The notes beneath the pieces were generated by a model. That model was given only the letters and a program-made list of their open reading frames with translations, had not been told where the DNA came from and did no database searches. DNA of 64,000 nt from Lytechinus pictus (lineage: Eukaryota): positions 2,728,001 through 2,792,000 of the forward strand of contig NC_087251.1 of assembly GCF_037042905.1 (NCBI RefSeq), given 5' to 3'. How positions within the stretch are numbered: position 1 is the first letter of the stretch; every line of letters begins with the position of its first letter. Shown piece by piece: positions 1 to 13,800 of this stretch. The position numbers and the translations under genes are program-made.

Positions 1-498
1 ATTATTATTATAAACTTTCAAAGTTATGATGGTAATTCAACAGATACCCCCAATTCGGCCAAAGTTCATTGACCCTAAATGACCTTTGACCTTGGTCATG
101 TGATGTGAAACTCAAGCAGGATGTTCAGTGATACTTGATTAACCTTATGTATAAGTTTCATGAACTAGGTCCATATATTTTCTAAGTTATGATGACATTT
201 CAAAAACTTAACCTTAGGTTAAGATTTTGATGTTGATTCCCCCAACATGGTCTAAGTTCATTGACCCTAAATGACCTTTGACCTTAGTCATGTGACATGA
301 AACTTAGGCAGGATGTTCAGTAATACTTGATTAACCTTATGGCCAAGTTTCATGAACTAGGTCCATATACTTTCTAAGTTATGCTGTCATTTCAAAAACT
401 TAACCTCAGGTTAAGATTTGGTGTTGACGCCGCCGTCGCCGCCGCCGTCGGAAAAGCGGCGCCTATAGTCTCACTCTGCTATGCAGGTGAAACAAAAA
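1..498. mobile_element. Helentron/HINE-like non-autonomous element with internal tandem repeats (truncated by window edge)
   Basis: Repeated GACCCTAAATGACCTTTGACCT units ~190 bp apart; ends in a GTCTC..CTGCTATGCAG hairpin followed by an A-run. Confidence 0.65.
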
Positions 499-1209
499 CC
501 TCAAGAACATCAAGTTCTGAACCTTAATCAATGAAATCAAACAATGCAAATATTGGTACAAATCATATTCCAGTAAACTGGCATGATGGACTTACGTGCA
601 TTTTCACTGGACTACAAAGTGACCACATATCAATGTTGGAAACAAAGGGATACCAGTAATATCAATACTAAAGAAAAAAAAAGAAAAATTATCTTTAATA
701 ATTAGTTTGATAAACTTTAATTAGAATCACTTCACAGATAACACAGACAACTCTGGCTTCAATTGAAGACAATTCGGAACACTTCAAACCTTAAATCAAG
801 ACTCACATTCTTTGCCAGACATTGAATGCTAACAGTTTTTAAGCAGTCCATACCTTTGAATGTTTTTAAACAGATATATGGCACCATGCAAATACCATGA
901 ATTGTCATCATAAAAGTGATCTTAAATCATTACAGATTGTAAACAAAAAGCTGTAATTTTTATTATTTAATAAGAGAGAAGAGCAGGGATGTTGAGGAGA
1001 GAGTGAACTCTGGAGTTATCATAAAACCCTCCTGTCTAGACAGGTAAGCAGAGAATCTTTAAAAAGCTTCTTATATTTCCTGTTTCTCACTTCTTACAAT
1101 GACAAGGTAAAAATCAACATGAACATTAAGTGAAGGCATTGTGGATAGTTCATCACAGGGCTGTTCAGGGCTTATTGGTACACTTTGCAATCATACAAAG
1201 AAAGAGTAT

Positions 1210-1440
1210 GAGAGACAATAAATGAAAATGGGAGAGAAAGACAGAGATATATGATATATAGTGGGAGCTAGAGAGAGATTTAGAGAAAGATTGAGAGCAA
1301 ATGAGAGTGAGCGAGTAAGAGAGAGAGAGAGAGAGAGAGAAAGGAGTAAGAATAGAAACTGTGTGAGAGAAAGAGAGAAGGAAATAAACAAAGAAATGAA
1401 GAGAGAGGGGGAGGGAGGGAGGGAAGTGGGGGGGGGGGGT
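1210..1440. repeat. (GA)n-rich low-complexity tract
   Basis: Direct inspection. Confidence 0.9.
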
Positions 1441-2221
1441 GATTAGAAACAACAAAGTACTAAATAGAAATAAATTTATCATACATGCATCAAGGCTGGC
1501 AGTTTACTCAGGCACCATACCAAAAGGAAGAATTGTGCCTTTCACACAGGAACCTTCCCTAATCCTCAAAAAGACAAACCAAAGGGAAATGCAAGAAATA
1601 GATGATGGCTTTGAATCCCATAAAGCACTATGTACCTTTCACATTCTGCAGTACTATTTTGTCTATGGTGAATGTGAGAATAAGGTAAGGTGTCTCAGGT
1701 ACCACTAATAGTCTGTAAGGGTTACCACTCAGGATTACCAGAAGGGTCCAGGATTCACAATGAAAGACAAGGTTCAGACTTTTAAAAAGGAAGCCTAATA
1801 GCAACATGGAGAGCTTTTCAATTGTTTGAGATATGAAAGTTGTCTTCTGCACTGAGTCTTAATAAAGAGTTGTGATTAATCATACAAATCACTATGTAAA
1901 GCCAGAAATGTCATCATATTCATACATCCTTTCAATATATGTTTCTAAATACAATGTATACTGTTGCATGCATCATTCTCATGCCAAATCAGTGCTCGTC
2001 TTTGTTTTCAAAGGATATTGTGTACATATCCTGCATGGAGAATTATGATATTAATGGATTTCCACAGCTGAGATTGATCACAATGGTTTGTAAGATGGGG
2101 TCCTGACAATCTTATCTAGATGACTACATGACACAATTATATTATAGTAGCGTTCTGATTGATTTCAAATAAACCTTCTTATAACCACCTGTTGCATTCA
2201 GTTTTATGGTATTATGGCCTT

Positions 2222-3095
2222 TGAACAAGATGCCAATTCAACACATACTCCCAACACAGCCAGAGTTCGTTGACCTTTAAATGACCTTTGACCTTGGCCA
2301 TGTTCCTGAAATACACACAGGGTATTCAGGGATACACTGCTGCTGTTATGTCCAAGTTTCATGAACTAAATCCATAGACTTTTAAAAGTTATGATGACAA
2401 TTCCACAAATACCCCCAACATTACCAAAGTTTGTTGACCCTAAATGACCTTTGACCTTGGTCATGTGACCTGAAATAAGCACAGGATGTCCAAGGATACA
2501 TGATATTTGTTTTGTATCATTTTGTACAAACAAAATATTGGCAATTGCCAGTGAAGTTCTAATAAATTCAATTCAATTCATGATTGCTCTTATGTCCAAG
2601 TTTCATGGACTACATCCATAAAATTTCAAAGTTGTGATGACAATTCCTCAAATACCCCCAATATGGCCAAAGTTTGTTGACCCTTAGTGACCTTTGACCT
2701 TGGACATGTGACATAAAACTCAGGCAGGATATTTAGTTATACACTATTACCCTTATGTCTAAGTTTTATGAACTAGGTCAATATACTTTTGAAGTTATGA
2801 CAACATTTCAAAAACTTAACCTTGGTTAAGATTTCGATATTGATTCCCCTAACATGGTCTAAGTTCATTGACCCTAAATGACCTTCGACCTTGGTCATGT
2901 GACCTGAAAATCAGGGAGTATGTACAGTAATACTTGATTACCCTTAATTCCAAGTTTCATGAACTAGGTCCATATACTTTTTAAGTTATGATGACATTTA
3001 AAAAACTTAACCTTGGTTAAGATTTCAATGTTGATGACGCCGTCGGAAAAGCGGCGCCTATAGTCTCGCTCTGCTATGCAGGAGGGACAATAAAA
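2222..3095. mobile_element. Second copy of the same HINE-like family
   Basis: Four GACCTTTGACCTTGG-type units; same terminus GCGGCGCCTATAGTCTCGCTCTGCTATGCAGG. Confidence 0.7.
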
Positions 3096-3269
3096 AACCT
3101 TCATAAACTAAGTTTTCAGCTTGACTTTATGACAAAGCAGTTGTGTCACATATTTGTGATACATTATAATGACAAAATTGATTATCTTTTTAACCAAGGA
3201 TAGCCACTGAAGCCAGTAGTTCATCTTCCAGCAGGCCTTATATAAAGATAGTACCCTTCTCAATTCTAC

Positions 3270-3396
3270 ATCATGTGCCTGACAAGAAGGCAGATGGCCC
3301 CAATTTTTAAGTCTTTGGCATGACATGGATGGTATTAAACCAACAACCTCCCACTCTCGAGGAGGGCACTTTACTACTGAACCATCATGTCCAGTC
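3270..3396 (-). mobile_element. Degenerate tRNA-derived SINE head
   Basis: A/B-box-like head; similar to 49800-49990. Confidence 0.55.
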
Positions 3397-3560
3397 AATC
3401 AACTTACTTTTGGAATTAGGTTACAACTTTTACCTTAGGTATTCCTCATACAAAAAAAATATAAAATGATGGAATTTTGCAGTAACTTTGGGGAAATATG
3501 TTCGAACTTATATTCTAGAAACGCTATAAACTAGGTAAAACTGATTGGGCCATGACTTAC

Positions 3561-3718
3561 CTCTTCATTGTTAGATGTGGATTCTATACCTCCCTCTCTG
3601 ACCCAGCGGATAATAGTTGCTAGGCAACCATTTGGGTTTTGTTTTAGATGAAGATGGGATAGGAGATATGGTGTCACAAATAGCAGCAGGAATGGCTGAA
3701 GATCCCAGGACACAAGGT
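3561..3718 (-). CDS. THADA: THADA exon 37 (LVSWDLQP...NNEE)
   Basis: GTAAGT donor, open, phase 1-0; next exon not located. Confidence 0.8.
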
Positions 3719-4863
3719 CTAATCAATAGAAGAAAAATTAGAATGCAAAGATCACTCTAATATTTACACTGGTATTTTAAACAAAACATCTTCATTTCGC
3801 TCTCAGCAGTTGATTTATGATTTTTCTCAATGTCTTGTATATTGATGACATATCATGTTCTATTTCTATAAACTAATTTGATTTTATTCTGTTCCATTGA
3901 GTTAGTTACTAACTTTCTCTACTTGTATTACAGTGACAAAGGTAATTTACTCAAAACAAAATCTCACTTTTATTTACATCCTCACTTTCCTACTGCATTC
4001 ATTTTTTTCCAGAAAATATGACAAATTCAGTCTGATGATCTAACCTACCAATCTCATTGCTGAGCAAGATACAGTAGACATGTCTGTAGGTTTCTACCAT
4101 TCTTTTCAGCATTTCCATAGAAACAGGCTCTTCCTTTGAGTTCAGTAGAATGGACCAATCAGATGAGTTTTTAGTTTCTTTTATCTGAAGAAGGTAACAA
4201 GATAAACTTTATAAAAATAGGATTTTAATACCAGCAGCATTAATAGTGAATATATCACACCTAACAATCTCAACTGGACACCACTCGATGGATCAATACA
4301 TCAATATTCATTAAATGTAAATCAAACCATTGTTTGACAAACAGATATCATAAAATCATAAGAGTGAATTTCATGATGCATACATACATATTCTCACAGA
4401 GTAAAGTGTGTTTGAAAACTTAGTCACTTTCTGATTCTAAAGATGCTTTCCTTTTCTTTAAAAAGATGTGAATATACACATTTACTAAGTAATAAAATTT
4501 ATTGTAATTACAGCCCCTTCTAACCAGAAATTCTACCACTTATTAATATACCTTATTGTAATCACATGAATCCACATCTGTTACAGCATCATTCAATCTC
4601 CTCAGGAACGTTTCTGTAGTGAATTCTGAAAATTCTAAAAATAAAAAGAGTTAAACTTCAATTGATGCAGAGAGATAATGATCTATTATTTTTAAGAATC
4701 ATCACTTCAATTGGAAATAAATCTATACTGAGCAACAAGATTAATATGACCTTGATATTTGGTGTATTTTTGTTTTTTATTCATGTCATTTATGTCAAAA
4801 CATTCATTCACCAAATCATTCTTCATACTTATCAATTTTTATCACAACTATCATTCATGTCAG

Positions 4864-4895
<32 letters not shown>

Positions 4896-7800
4896 CCACC
4901 ACCAGCACCGCCACCGCTATCCAACACCACTACCACCATCATCATCATCACAATTACCACGATCACCATAATCATTATCCTCACCATCATTACCTTTGTT
5001 GCAACCATCCATACCATCATCAATGAACTACTACTATTCATCGTAGAAAGTAATTGATCTGTCATTACCATTCATAGGCTTAATCAAATGAGTCGTTTTC
5101 ATAACACATCTAGCAGCAGTTCTTCTAACATCATCATCATCATCTTGTAGGAAAGCTACCACAATGTCCCATAGAGATAATTGTTCATCAGCTGCAACAG
5201 AGGCAAAGAAAGTATGAGAGAGAAGAGAAGATTTGGTTACCGGGAGAAGACAGACAGAGAGATAGATACAGATTCGACTGGAATATGGATACAATCACAT
5301 TCATTTATCTGTAGATAAATAATTAAATCATTGGTGAATATAATTAAAAGAAACAAGAGGAATTCCCCTGGCAACATCCACTGCATTATTCAATTCAATA
5401 TAGCAGCAATGTTGACTTTGTGACATTGAAATATCAAACATTCTTTTATTAACCTTTGAATCAATAAGTGGCACTTATGTCTCACTCCTGCTATACAGGT
5501 GTGATATATAATATATCATCTCAATACAATAACAAACTCTACATCATATTTCAACTGTCACATAGTCATTTTATGTATATTTATACTTAAGGTTAAACAA
5601 TACCAATAATCATCTTTCACAAGAATTATAATATGAAATATGCAAATACAATTTTGAAAGGATATGAAAGGGGAAAAAAAATAACGTCCTAAGCCAATAG
5701 CACTTGTAATTACTTTATAAGGCATTTTAGATTGTCATATCCTGCTATATATCTTTCCAATGAATTTTATTTTATTTTCTTGAAAAAATATTATGGGTTT
5801 TAATCAAACACATGTGGTCCTTTATCTTTCAACTTCATTCAAATCTCTGATCTGAAAAGTTGTTGAATTATTCTTTCAGACAAAATAAATGAATCATCAA
5901 AAGATAATGATAGGGGTGTCAGTGTTTTACAAACAATGTTCACGGTACTAAAGTATTCCAGAGGTGGCTCATATGAACTAAGATTCGTAGAAGCACAATG
6001 TGTAATATGTATGTTATCAATTAACATTATGCTTTATGATTTAGAGGTGTTGTGGCTCAGTGGATAAGTCTCCAGACTTTGAACCACAAGGTCCGAGATT
6101 CAAATCGCAACGCAGCACTCGCGTCCTTTGGCAAGACGTTTATCTACATCTGCCACTCTCCACCCAGGTGTAGTAAATGGATACCCGGTAGGAAAGAATT
6201 CCTTGAATGCTCGAGCGTCATTTCAGGATAGCCGTGCTAGAGCCAGGGTAATAGTATGCAGTGCTTAGAAACATTTGTATGAAGCGCTATATAAATGTTG
6301 CATATTATTATTATTATTTACCCCTTTCTTGAGATACTAATAATAAACGAAACATTAAAATGCCTGCCAAGACAAGTGCACTCATCCTGACTCCAAACTA
6401 TGACCTTTGATCCTATAAAAGATGCAACACTATGGGCAACATCACTTACAGAAATGTGGCCTACAGTGTGTACATGTAATTAAAAAGGAAAGATATAGGC
6501 CTTTGGCCCCCTTAAAGATGGATCCCGAGGGACAGCATCAATACTTTCCAATGGATACATGAGTTTATATACATGTATGATAACACGATTAATGAATGGA
6601 CGATCTTTGTTACCTATATGTTGTTGAGGTACACCAAGTAGTGATGTGGCAGAATGAAGAATGACTTTGGCTACTGCATGTCTGAGTTGAGCACCTCTTT
6701 CTGATCCACTACATGACTTCATCAGATTTAACCAACTTTGGAATAAGAGATGATCAACATCTGCAACCTATATCATGAACAATGGAGGAAACAAAGATCA
6801 TTACCAATAGGAATTACCAGCATAGATTTTGGTTTCTTTGAAGGTTGTTGGAGAGGGAATAAAAAGAGAGGTTTCATGGTACACCATGTATTCTGTCTTG
6901 GACATTTGTGCTAAAAGGGTTGTTAAAAATTTAATGTATAGATAGTCAAGAGTGTTCTTTCCTACGAAAATGAGATACTTCAATGTATTTAATAACCTCT
7001 ATGACCTTTGACCTCATGATCTTCAGATCATAAGTTTAAAAATGAATCCTCAAATAGTTCTTTAAGGTATTGTAAGAATAGGATATGTTTTAAGTATACA
7101 TGTATAATTACCTCTGCGACCTCTGACCTTAACAACCCTAAAGCTAATCAGATCATTGTCACATATGCATACATGTCTAAGATCAAATTTGATCCATCAA
7201 ATAGTTCTTTCGTGCAAGAGTGAAAATGGGATGAACAGATGGATGAACTCAAAACATAATACCTCAAGGACCCAAGTACGGTGGGCAGAGGGGTAACAAA
7301 AACTAATATAACTTGTAAGAGATATTTCTCAAACATTTCTTTAAAATATAATCTGAATTAAAAAGAAATGTGCGTATAGACAGCATAAAAAACAATACAT
7401 CAGTGAAACTATGAATAAGCTCAGATAAATTTATCTGATGGGCATGGAATAACATGTTTAGGAACCTGAATCTAACAGTGTTAAAATAATACTTCTACCT
7501 TGGGAATCATAGGATTTTAATAAATGGTGACTTGGTAGGGAGAAAGCACTTATTTCTTTTTTTAAATTAATTAAATAACAAAATATGAAAAAAAAAAAAA
7601 AGATAAAAGAATGAAAATGTACATTGACTTTATTTATAAATGTACAATTGGAGATCAATCAAGTTCTGGATCATATTCACAAAAACTGTCAGTATATAAA
7701 CATAAACAAGTATAAAGAGCAACTTGCTAATTAAAAAAAATATAAATGACTCATATTGTATGGTACACTCATTTGAATTGAATAAACATGGTTTACCTGA

Positions 7801-10800
7801 GAAGAAAGGTCCATCAAAGGAAGTAGTGTACCAGTCAACATAACAATAGAAGCAAGAACCTCTTCTCTGTGAGTAGATATGAGATTTGGATAGTATATGA
7901 AGCACAAGACCTCCAAAAGCTTAATAAAACAAAGTAAATTTAATGATTTAAATAATATAAGTGCCTGCCCCATCGCAGGCTTTTGTGTGTTTACACTGGT
8001 CAAGAGCTTTTCGGAAGAAGAATGGTCTATTTAGCCATCTTCGAACCCACAAGAATTTGTGAAGTTGTGATTGTCTCCAAAAATGAAGAACGAAAATCAT
8101 CATATTGTAGAACTGATCCAAATGTACCTTTTACCTGTAATTCTTACTAATGCAATGATGATATGAATTATTTGTAAAATAAATTAGCCATGTTTCCGAG
8201 TGCTTTATAGACAATAGATATATGATAACCCCTGAATATGGTGTAAACCAATTCTCTCCTTATTAAAATGTATCCACTGTAGTGCTCACATTAATAAGCA
8301 AGCAATTGGGTATCACCTGTATGGACAGTGCTATATGGGGGCACCTTGTCAATCATAAACAAACAATACAGAATTCTCTATGTTTTCGATACTTCCACTA
8401 TATAATGGTCAAATAATTTTAAGAATGTTGAAAAGGTGCTAATCTTTAATTCCTAAGACTCTTTTAAAAAAAGTCTTTGTTAAGACTTACCTTGGATAAT
8501 TTTCTTTGGCTAAATCAATACACTGTCTGACAAGCGTCTTTGGATCATCTACCAAACCAGATGATGATGAGGGTGACGATAAAACAGCATTCAATGCTTC
8601 ACATACCTAGTTCAATCAAATACAAGAAACAATAGTAAAAAATTAATTGCAGGGATTTCCATCTTTTAAGTTTAGAATCCATTCCTTACTCAGATTAATT
8701 CTTACATTAGCTGGAAGAAATAAAATCAAACCAAATAATTTTTCAAAGAAATTAGAGTTAACAAAAACTTGTGTCTCTAGAGGCAGGTATTGATGGTAAA
8801 TACAGAATCAGATGATAAGCCATTTGTCAGTGAGCTAACAAGGAATGGGATCTGGGTTTTCTAAGGGGTGGATCTTAGCAAGTTGATAGATATTTCTTCA
8901 AAAATTATGAATTTGGATAGTTTTGTAACAACATACAAGTTGTATTCAGCAATGTTTGTCAATAGGAATCAACTAGAATTTTGTTTTAATCATCCATGGC
9001 CTGCACTGAGCCACTGATATTAAACCACAGAAGAGAATGTTAAATACCTTAGCTAAACACTGATGATCCTCTTCATGTAACATCATATCCATCAGTAGTT
9101 TCACCAATTCTTTCTTATTGCACACCCCTATATGAGTAGAGGTATTTCCCAGATTTGAACTTTGACATGTGGACTGTTCCATTATCTTGACAAGGTGAGA
9201 CAAGGCAACCATTCTCACTTCAGGGAATGTAGAATGGAGGAAATAGAGATGTAAGCCCTCTGTACAACCCAGCTCAGAAGGATTCCTTTCAGGATGTTCT
9301 TGTTGCTGATGATGCAGCTTTGGTTGCCCTGTTGGTGGCATGGAAACTGAATTACAGGATGGTTCTTTCTCTTCTTCTTCTTCTACCGTTTGCATGAGCA
9401 AGACTGTATCTCTAAGCTTCAAACACAATGACGCAAAGATTCCTTGCCATTGATGAAAGCCTGGACAACTTGATGAAGACACATCATCAAGTTCTCCACA
9501 ATGGACAACATTCTTTGCCACTGTTAAGATTGGATCCAATAAGAGAGTCCTGTGCCTTGGTATTTGCATCCATCTGCTATCCACAAAGAAATCCTTGATA
9601 ATTGATGTAAATACTGCTCGTGTGATGTACGACTTGTTTTCACTGCTGATCAGTAAGTTAAAAATAGAATATAAATCTAAATCAAATAATTAATCATATG
9701 ACAACTAACATATACATGTATTATGATCTGGACTATTTGGAACTTACACTTAAAACCCATATATTATTGCACATTTTGAATGCACAACATTTTGAATGAA
9801 TTTTAATTAGATGCATACTTGATTTTTTTTTTATGATTTGAACATCCTTGGAACCCAATAGGTATTAGGCCAATTGATGATTGGAGCAAACAGCAATAAG
9901 ATCTGATCAATAATGGATTATTTATACGTATGTAGTCATAGAGGTGCTTGGCAGTTTGAGAATGATACCAACCTACCTTGATGCTAGCCACATTAGTTGA
10001 GGAATTCTAGGAAGAATGATTGATGTTAGGTCATCTAGGATGCTCTCAGGTAAGATGCTCTCTCTTAGATTCTTCTTCAATAAACCATCAATCTAAAAAT
10101 ATCAAAATAAGGTCAATCCTTATTCAAGACTAGCTCCAAAATAATATATTACATTGTTTTCATTGTAATAGCTTATCTCCATTAATTCATTATTTATATT
10201 GTAATAATAAAACATACTGATAAACCTTTATTAACATCAAACTCCTCTCCCTGATTTCACACTCTTCTGTGAATTTCTTTCTGAAATTCTTCTCCATTTA
10301 ATCAACTAGTTTCTGTCATCAAGTTATTTATCATTTTAAAGCTTAGGATCTGCTTTTTCAAACTGCATAGAAAACACAAATTTCATTTTGACTGACTGTG
10401 TGTGTGTTTAGAGCATGGCAGCCAAATAAATTAAGTTCAAATAGCAGAGTTAAAAAATCAACATTGGCTTTTTTTCTATATGCACAAACTGTGGATTGCA
10501 TAATCATATTACAAGAATCTACACCATGAAATAGTTACATTAAACAAAACATACATTAGTATCAATAGATAAATTGTCTTAAACAAAGTATGGACATAAA
10601 CAAAGTAAATAGGAAACATTTCCTATTAACATGTTGACTAACCTGAATGAGGATACCATGTATAGCATTAGGATGTGGTTTAGGGTGATTTGCTGCTCCT
10701 AGTAGTACATCTATGAGATGATTTAATGTATGAACTAGCTGATTAGGTGGGACCAGCGGAACAAGGGCAGTAGCTGCAATGCTGCGTGTCTTATGTATGG

Positions 10801-13800
10801 CACTACATCCGGCTCTACACACAATATGATATAATCAATGTTTAGAATATATAAATTCTAAAAAGGAGAGTTTATATGGAATTACATACTAGTATCTAAA
10901 ACTTGCTATATATTCATCTGGATTTGAACAAACATCATGTCACATCCTATTACCATGAATATGCATGTGTATATACCTTAAACAGATAAAAAATAATTAA
11001 CCTTAGGCTAAATTGTATCAAAGTTATAACCCTACAATGACCTGGGGCGGTTTTCTGAGGTCATTTTATCTCTTAAAATGAAATTGGTATTCTGAGATGA
11101 CATTTTATCTCTCAGATAAAATTTTTAATCTTATCTTGCGTATAAATTTAATATTGCGTATCTACAGATGATACGCAACAGAGCAGTGCCTGCGTATACA
11201 TAACAATCGCGTATCTGGCCATTGCAACGCGGATGATTTGCTTGTGCCTATGTTACTTTGAAGAAAAAAAAAAAAAACTTAAAAGAGGCTATTTTATCTC
11301 CGCGACGTTGATTTTCATCATTATTTCTATGTGAATTAACTCCAAATGTTGACATGAAAATGAAAAAAATATATACATCTATTGAGAATAACACCTTAAC
11401 GTTATTCCTGTACAATCATGAAGTATTTCATAAGACTTTTCTTGACTAATATTGTCTTTGAAATGATGCTTGAAAAGATGCGATATAGACTTTAAAAAAA
11501 AGATAGAGTATTGTCTTTTTTTTTAAAAGAAATCTCTGTAAAGATGCGCAAGCGTATAGTGCGAGCGTATTTGAAGTCAATAAATTGACGCAATCTCACT
11601 CCTTTGCCACACCTCCTGGCGGAATGGATTTTCATTGGTTAAGTAATATGAAAGAGCTATAAAAGCGCGTTTCCAATTGGATATTGATTAAAAAATAGGT
11701 TTGTCTTACAGAGAAAAAATGAAGATAAAATTGTTCTCAGAATACCAATTCAGAGAGATTTTAAGGATATTTTATTTCACTGATTTTAACGGAGATAAAA
11801 TATTTTATTTTATCTAGATAAAATGGATCTCAGAATACCACCCCAGCACATTATATCATTTTTTACAGCATCAAGAGATATAGAAATTCAATAAGAGAAT
11901 TGCAGTTATTTCTCACCCAAATCTTTGTAAAAGAAGCAAACATAAAATATGTGGAAACATGAATTTAGGTCAAGTTCACCCATTCTTTCACTTTTTCATG
12001 AAGTGACAAATACTGAGTACGATAAACATACAGGATGGCAGAAATAAGAAATTTTGCAAAAGGCAAAAGTCACAGTTTTCAGGCATCTTCATTATTGCAA
12101 ATCATCATAAATCATTTACATACAGTAGTCTGAAACTTCATGAGGTTAAAGATAATACTTGAAGATGTCCAAAAATGTAAAAACTCATTTTTTTTTCCCT
12201 TGCAGTTTCTGCTAGTTTGTAAGATGAGGGATGGAAATAGGGATTACTAAATGTTACCTGATAACATACGGCATAAATGATGACATACTCATATTGGTAT
12301 TATTAGCATCATTAGGAGATGGATAAAGTCTTGATAATAAGAGAAGACATGGGAATAGATTAGGATGTAGAGTAGTCACACCAGCTCTGAAATCAAATCA
12401 GAATAGAAAACATTTCTAAATGAATGAAACATATTGAATGACTTGTCAATTCCACTTGGAAATCAATATCTCAGTCATTGCCGGATGTGAAATATGTAAT
12501 ACATGCTAAAAAACCAACTGTAATATTCTAATCAGATCATCACCACTCCAATATACATATATTAAATAGTTATGACTTTGTTAGGTTTATCTGATCTTGA
12601 TGATTAGGGCTCCCTGTTTCTATGATGCATATTCCATTTCAAGGGAAACTAAAATATTGGTCTTTATAAACAGGTGGTCTTTCTATACAGAAGGTTGCTA
12701 ATGTAGGTTTGACTATAGTCAGTCTTCCTTCTGTTTTAACAAGGAAGTTTCTGCAATCAACCAAAATGAATGAATGGATATCCAATATCAATGACGACAG
12801 TCTACTTTAGTTATGGAACATCGAAGCCAAGCAACATTTTTTGAATGGTGTTCATACATTTCATCAACTCCTAAGAAGGCCTATAGTCCAAAATTGCTTG
12901 AATATAATCATGACATCATAATTGATAATTATATCATTATGATGTATTATGTTTCTCTGCAGACTTTGGGTAGAACTAATTTTGTACTCTTTAAGAATTC
13001 TTTCAATACGCTATTTTTCCTCGCTACGCAACTGAAAAATATCCCCCATGTCTGCATCATTTGTTTGTTGATGCCTCATATGTCATAGACTTTGCAATTC
13101 GTACACAAAATATTGCTGACCATTGTTGGTGGGAGAGGCATAAACATTTGGAGGAGGGAAGAGAACTCACTTTGATTTGTTCTCCACTTCTTGTGCATGT
13201 TGGAACTGCTCTAAGAGGAAACTATGAAGCGATGGAAATCTGGAGAAGAATTCTCTACCAGTCATGCTGTAGACAAAGAGCAATACAAGAACAAATGATT
13301 TCCCATTCTGTGACCTTCAATCAGAAAATATCTCATTACTATGCTAAATGAAAAGGATATAACTGAAGCACCTTATGAGAGAAAGAGCCACATATTTCCA
13401 ACAGGAATTCATCAAGCATCTATTCATCGCTAATCAACATGCATCTAAGGAGAAAAAAAACAATAGTACTGTAAGGAAGCTAAAATGCCTTTATAGTCTT
13501 TGTGCCTGGCATCTTTCCCACATCCTTACTCATTTGTCTATGGTGAAATTTGAGGATCAGAGATGAAAATATACTTGAGGGATTTATGCAGGAAAAGAAG
13601 CAGCTTTCAATATTGGTAAGGCACTTTAGACAGTGATGCATTCATCTTCCCTGGCTTCCCTGGGTAAATATACATATATTATCATTATTTTTATTATCCT
13701 CTAAGTATTCAACAATCACAATCTACAGCATACAATCGAACAAAGCAAAAGATATACCAAATATAGTCCCAAAAGTGGGGCAGGGGGGGGGGGGGGTCTT

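Noticed and set aside
1165-1482. L/S-rich and E/R-rich ORFs as the THADA last exon
   Set aside because: Derived from the GA repeat; no THADA-like C-terminal sequence or convincing phase-0 acceptor found in 1-3560.
4662-5071. Poly-S/H/D ORFs
   Set aside because: Microsatellite translations inside a THADA intron.
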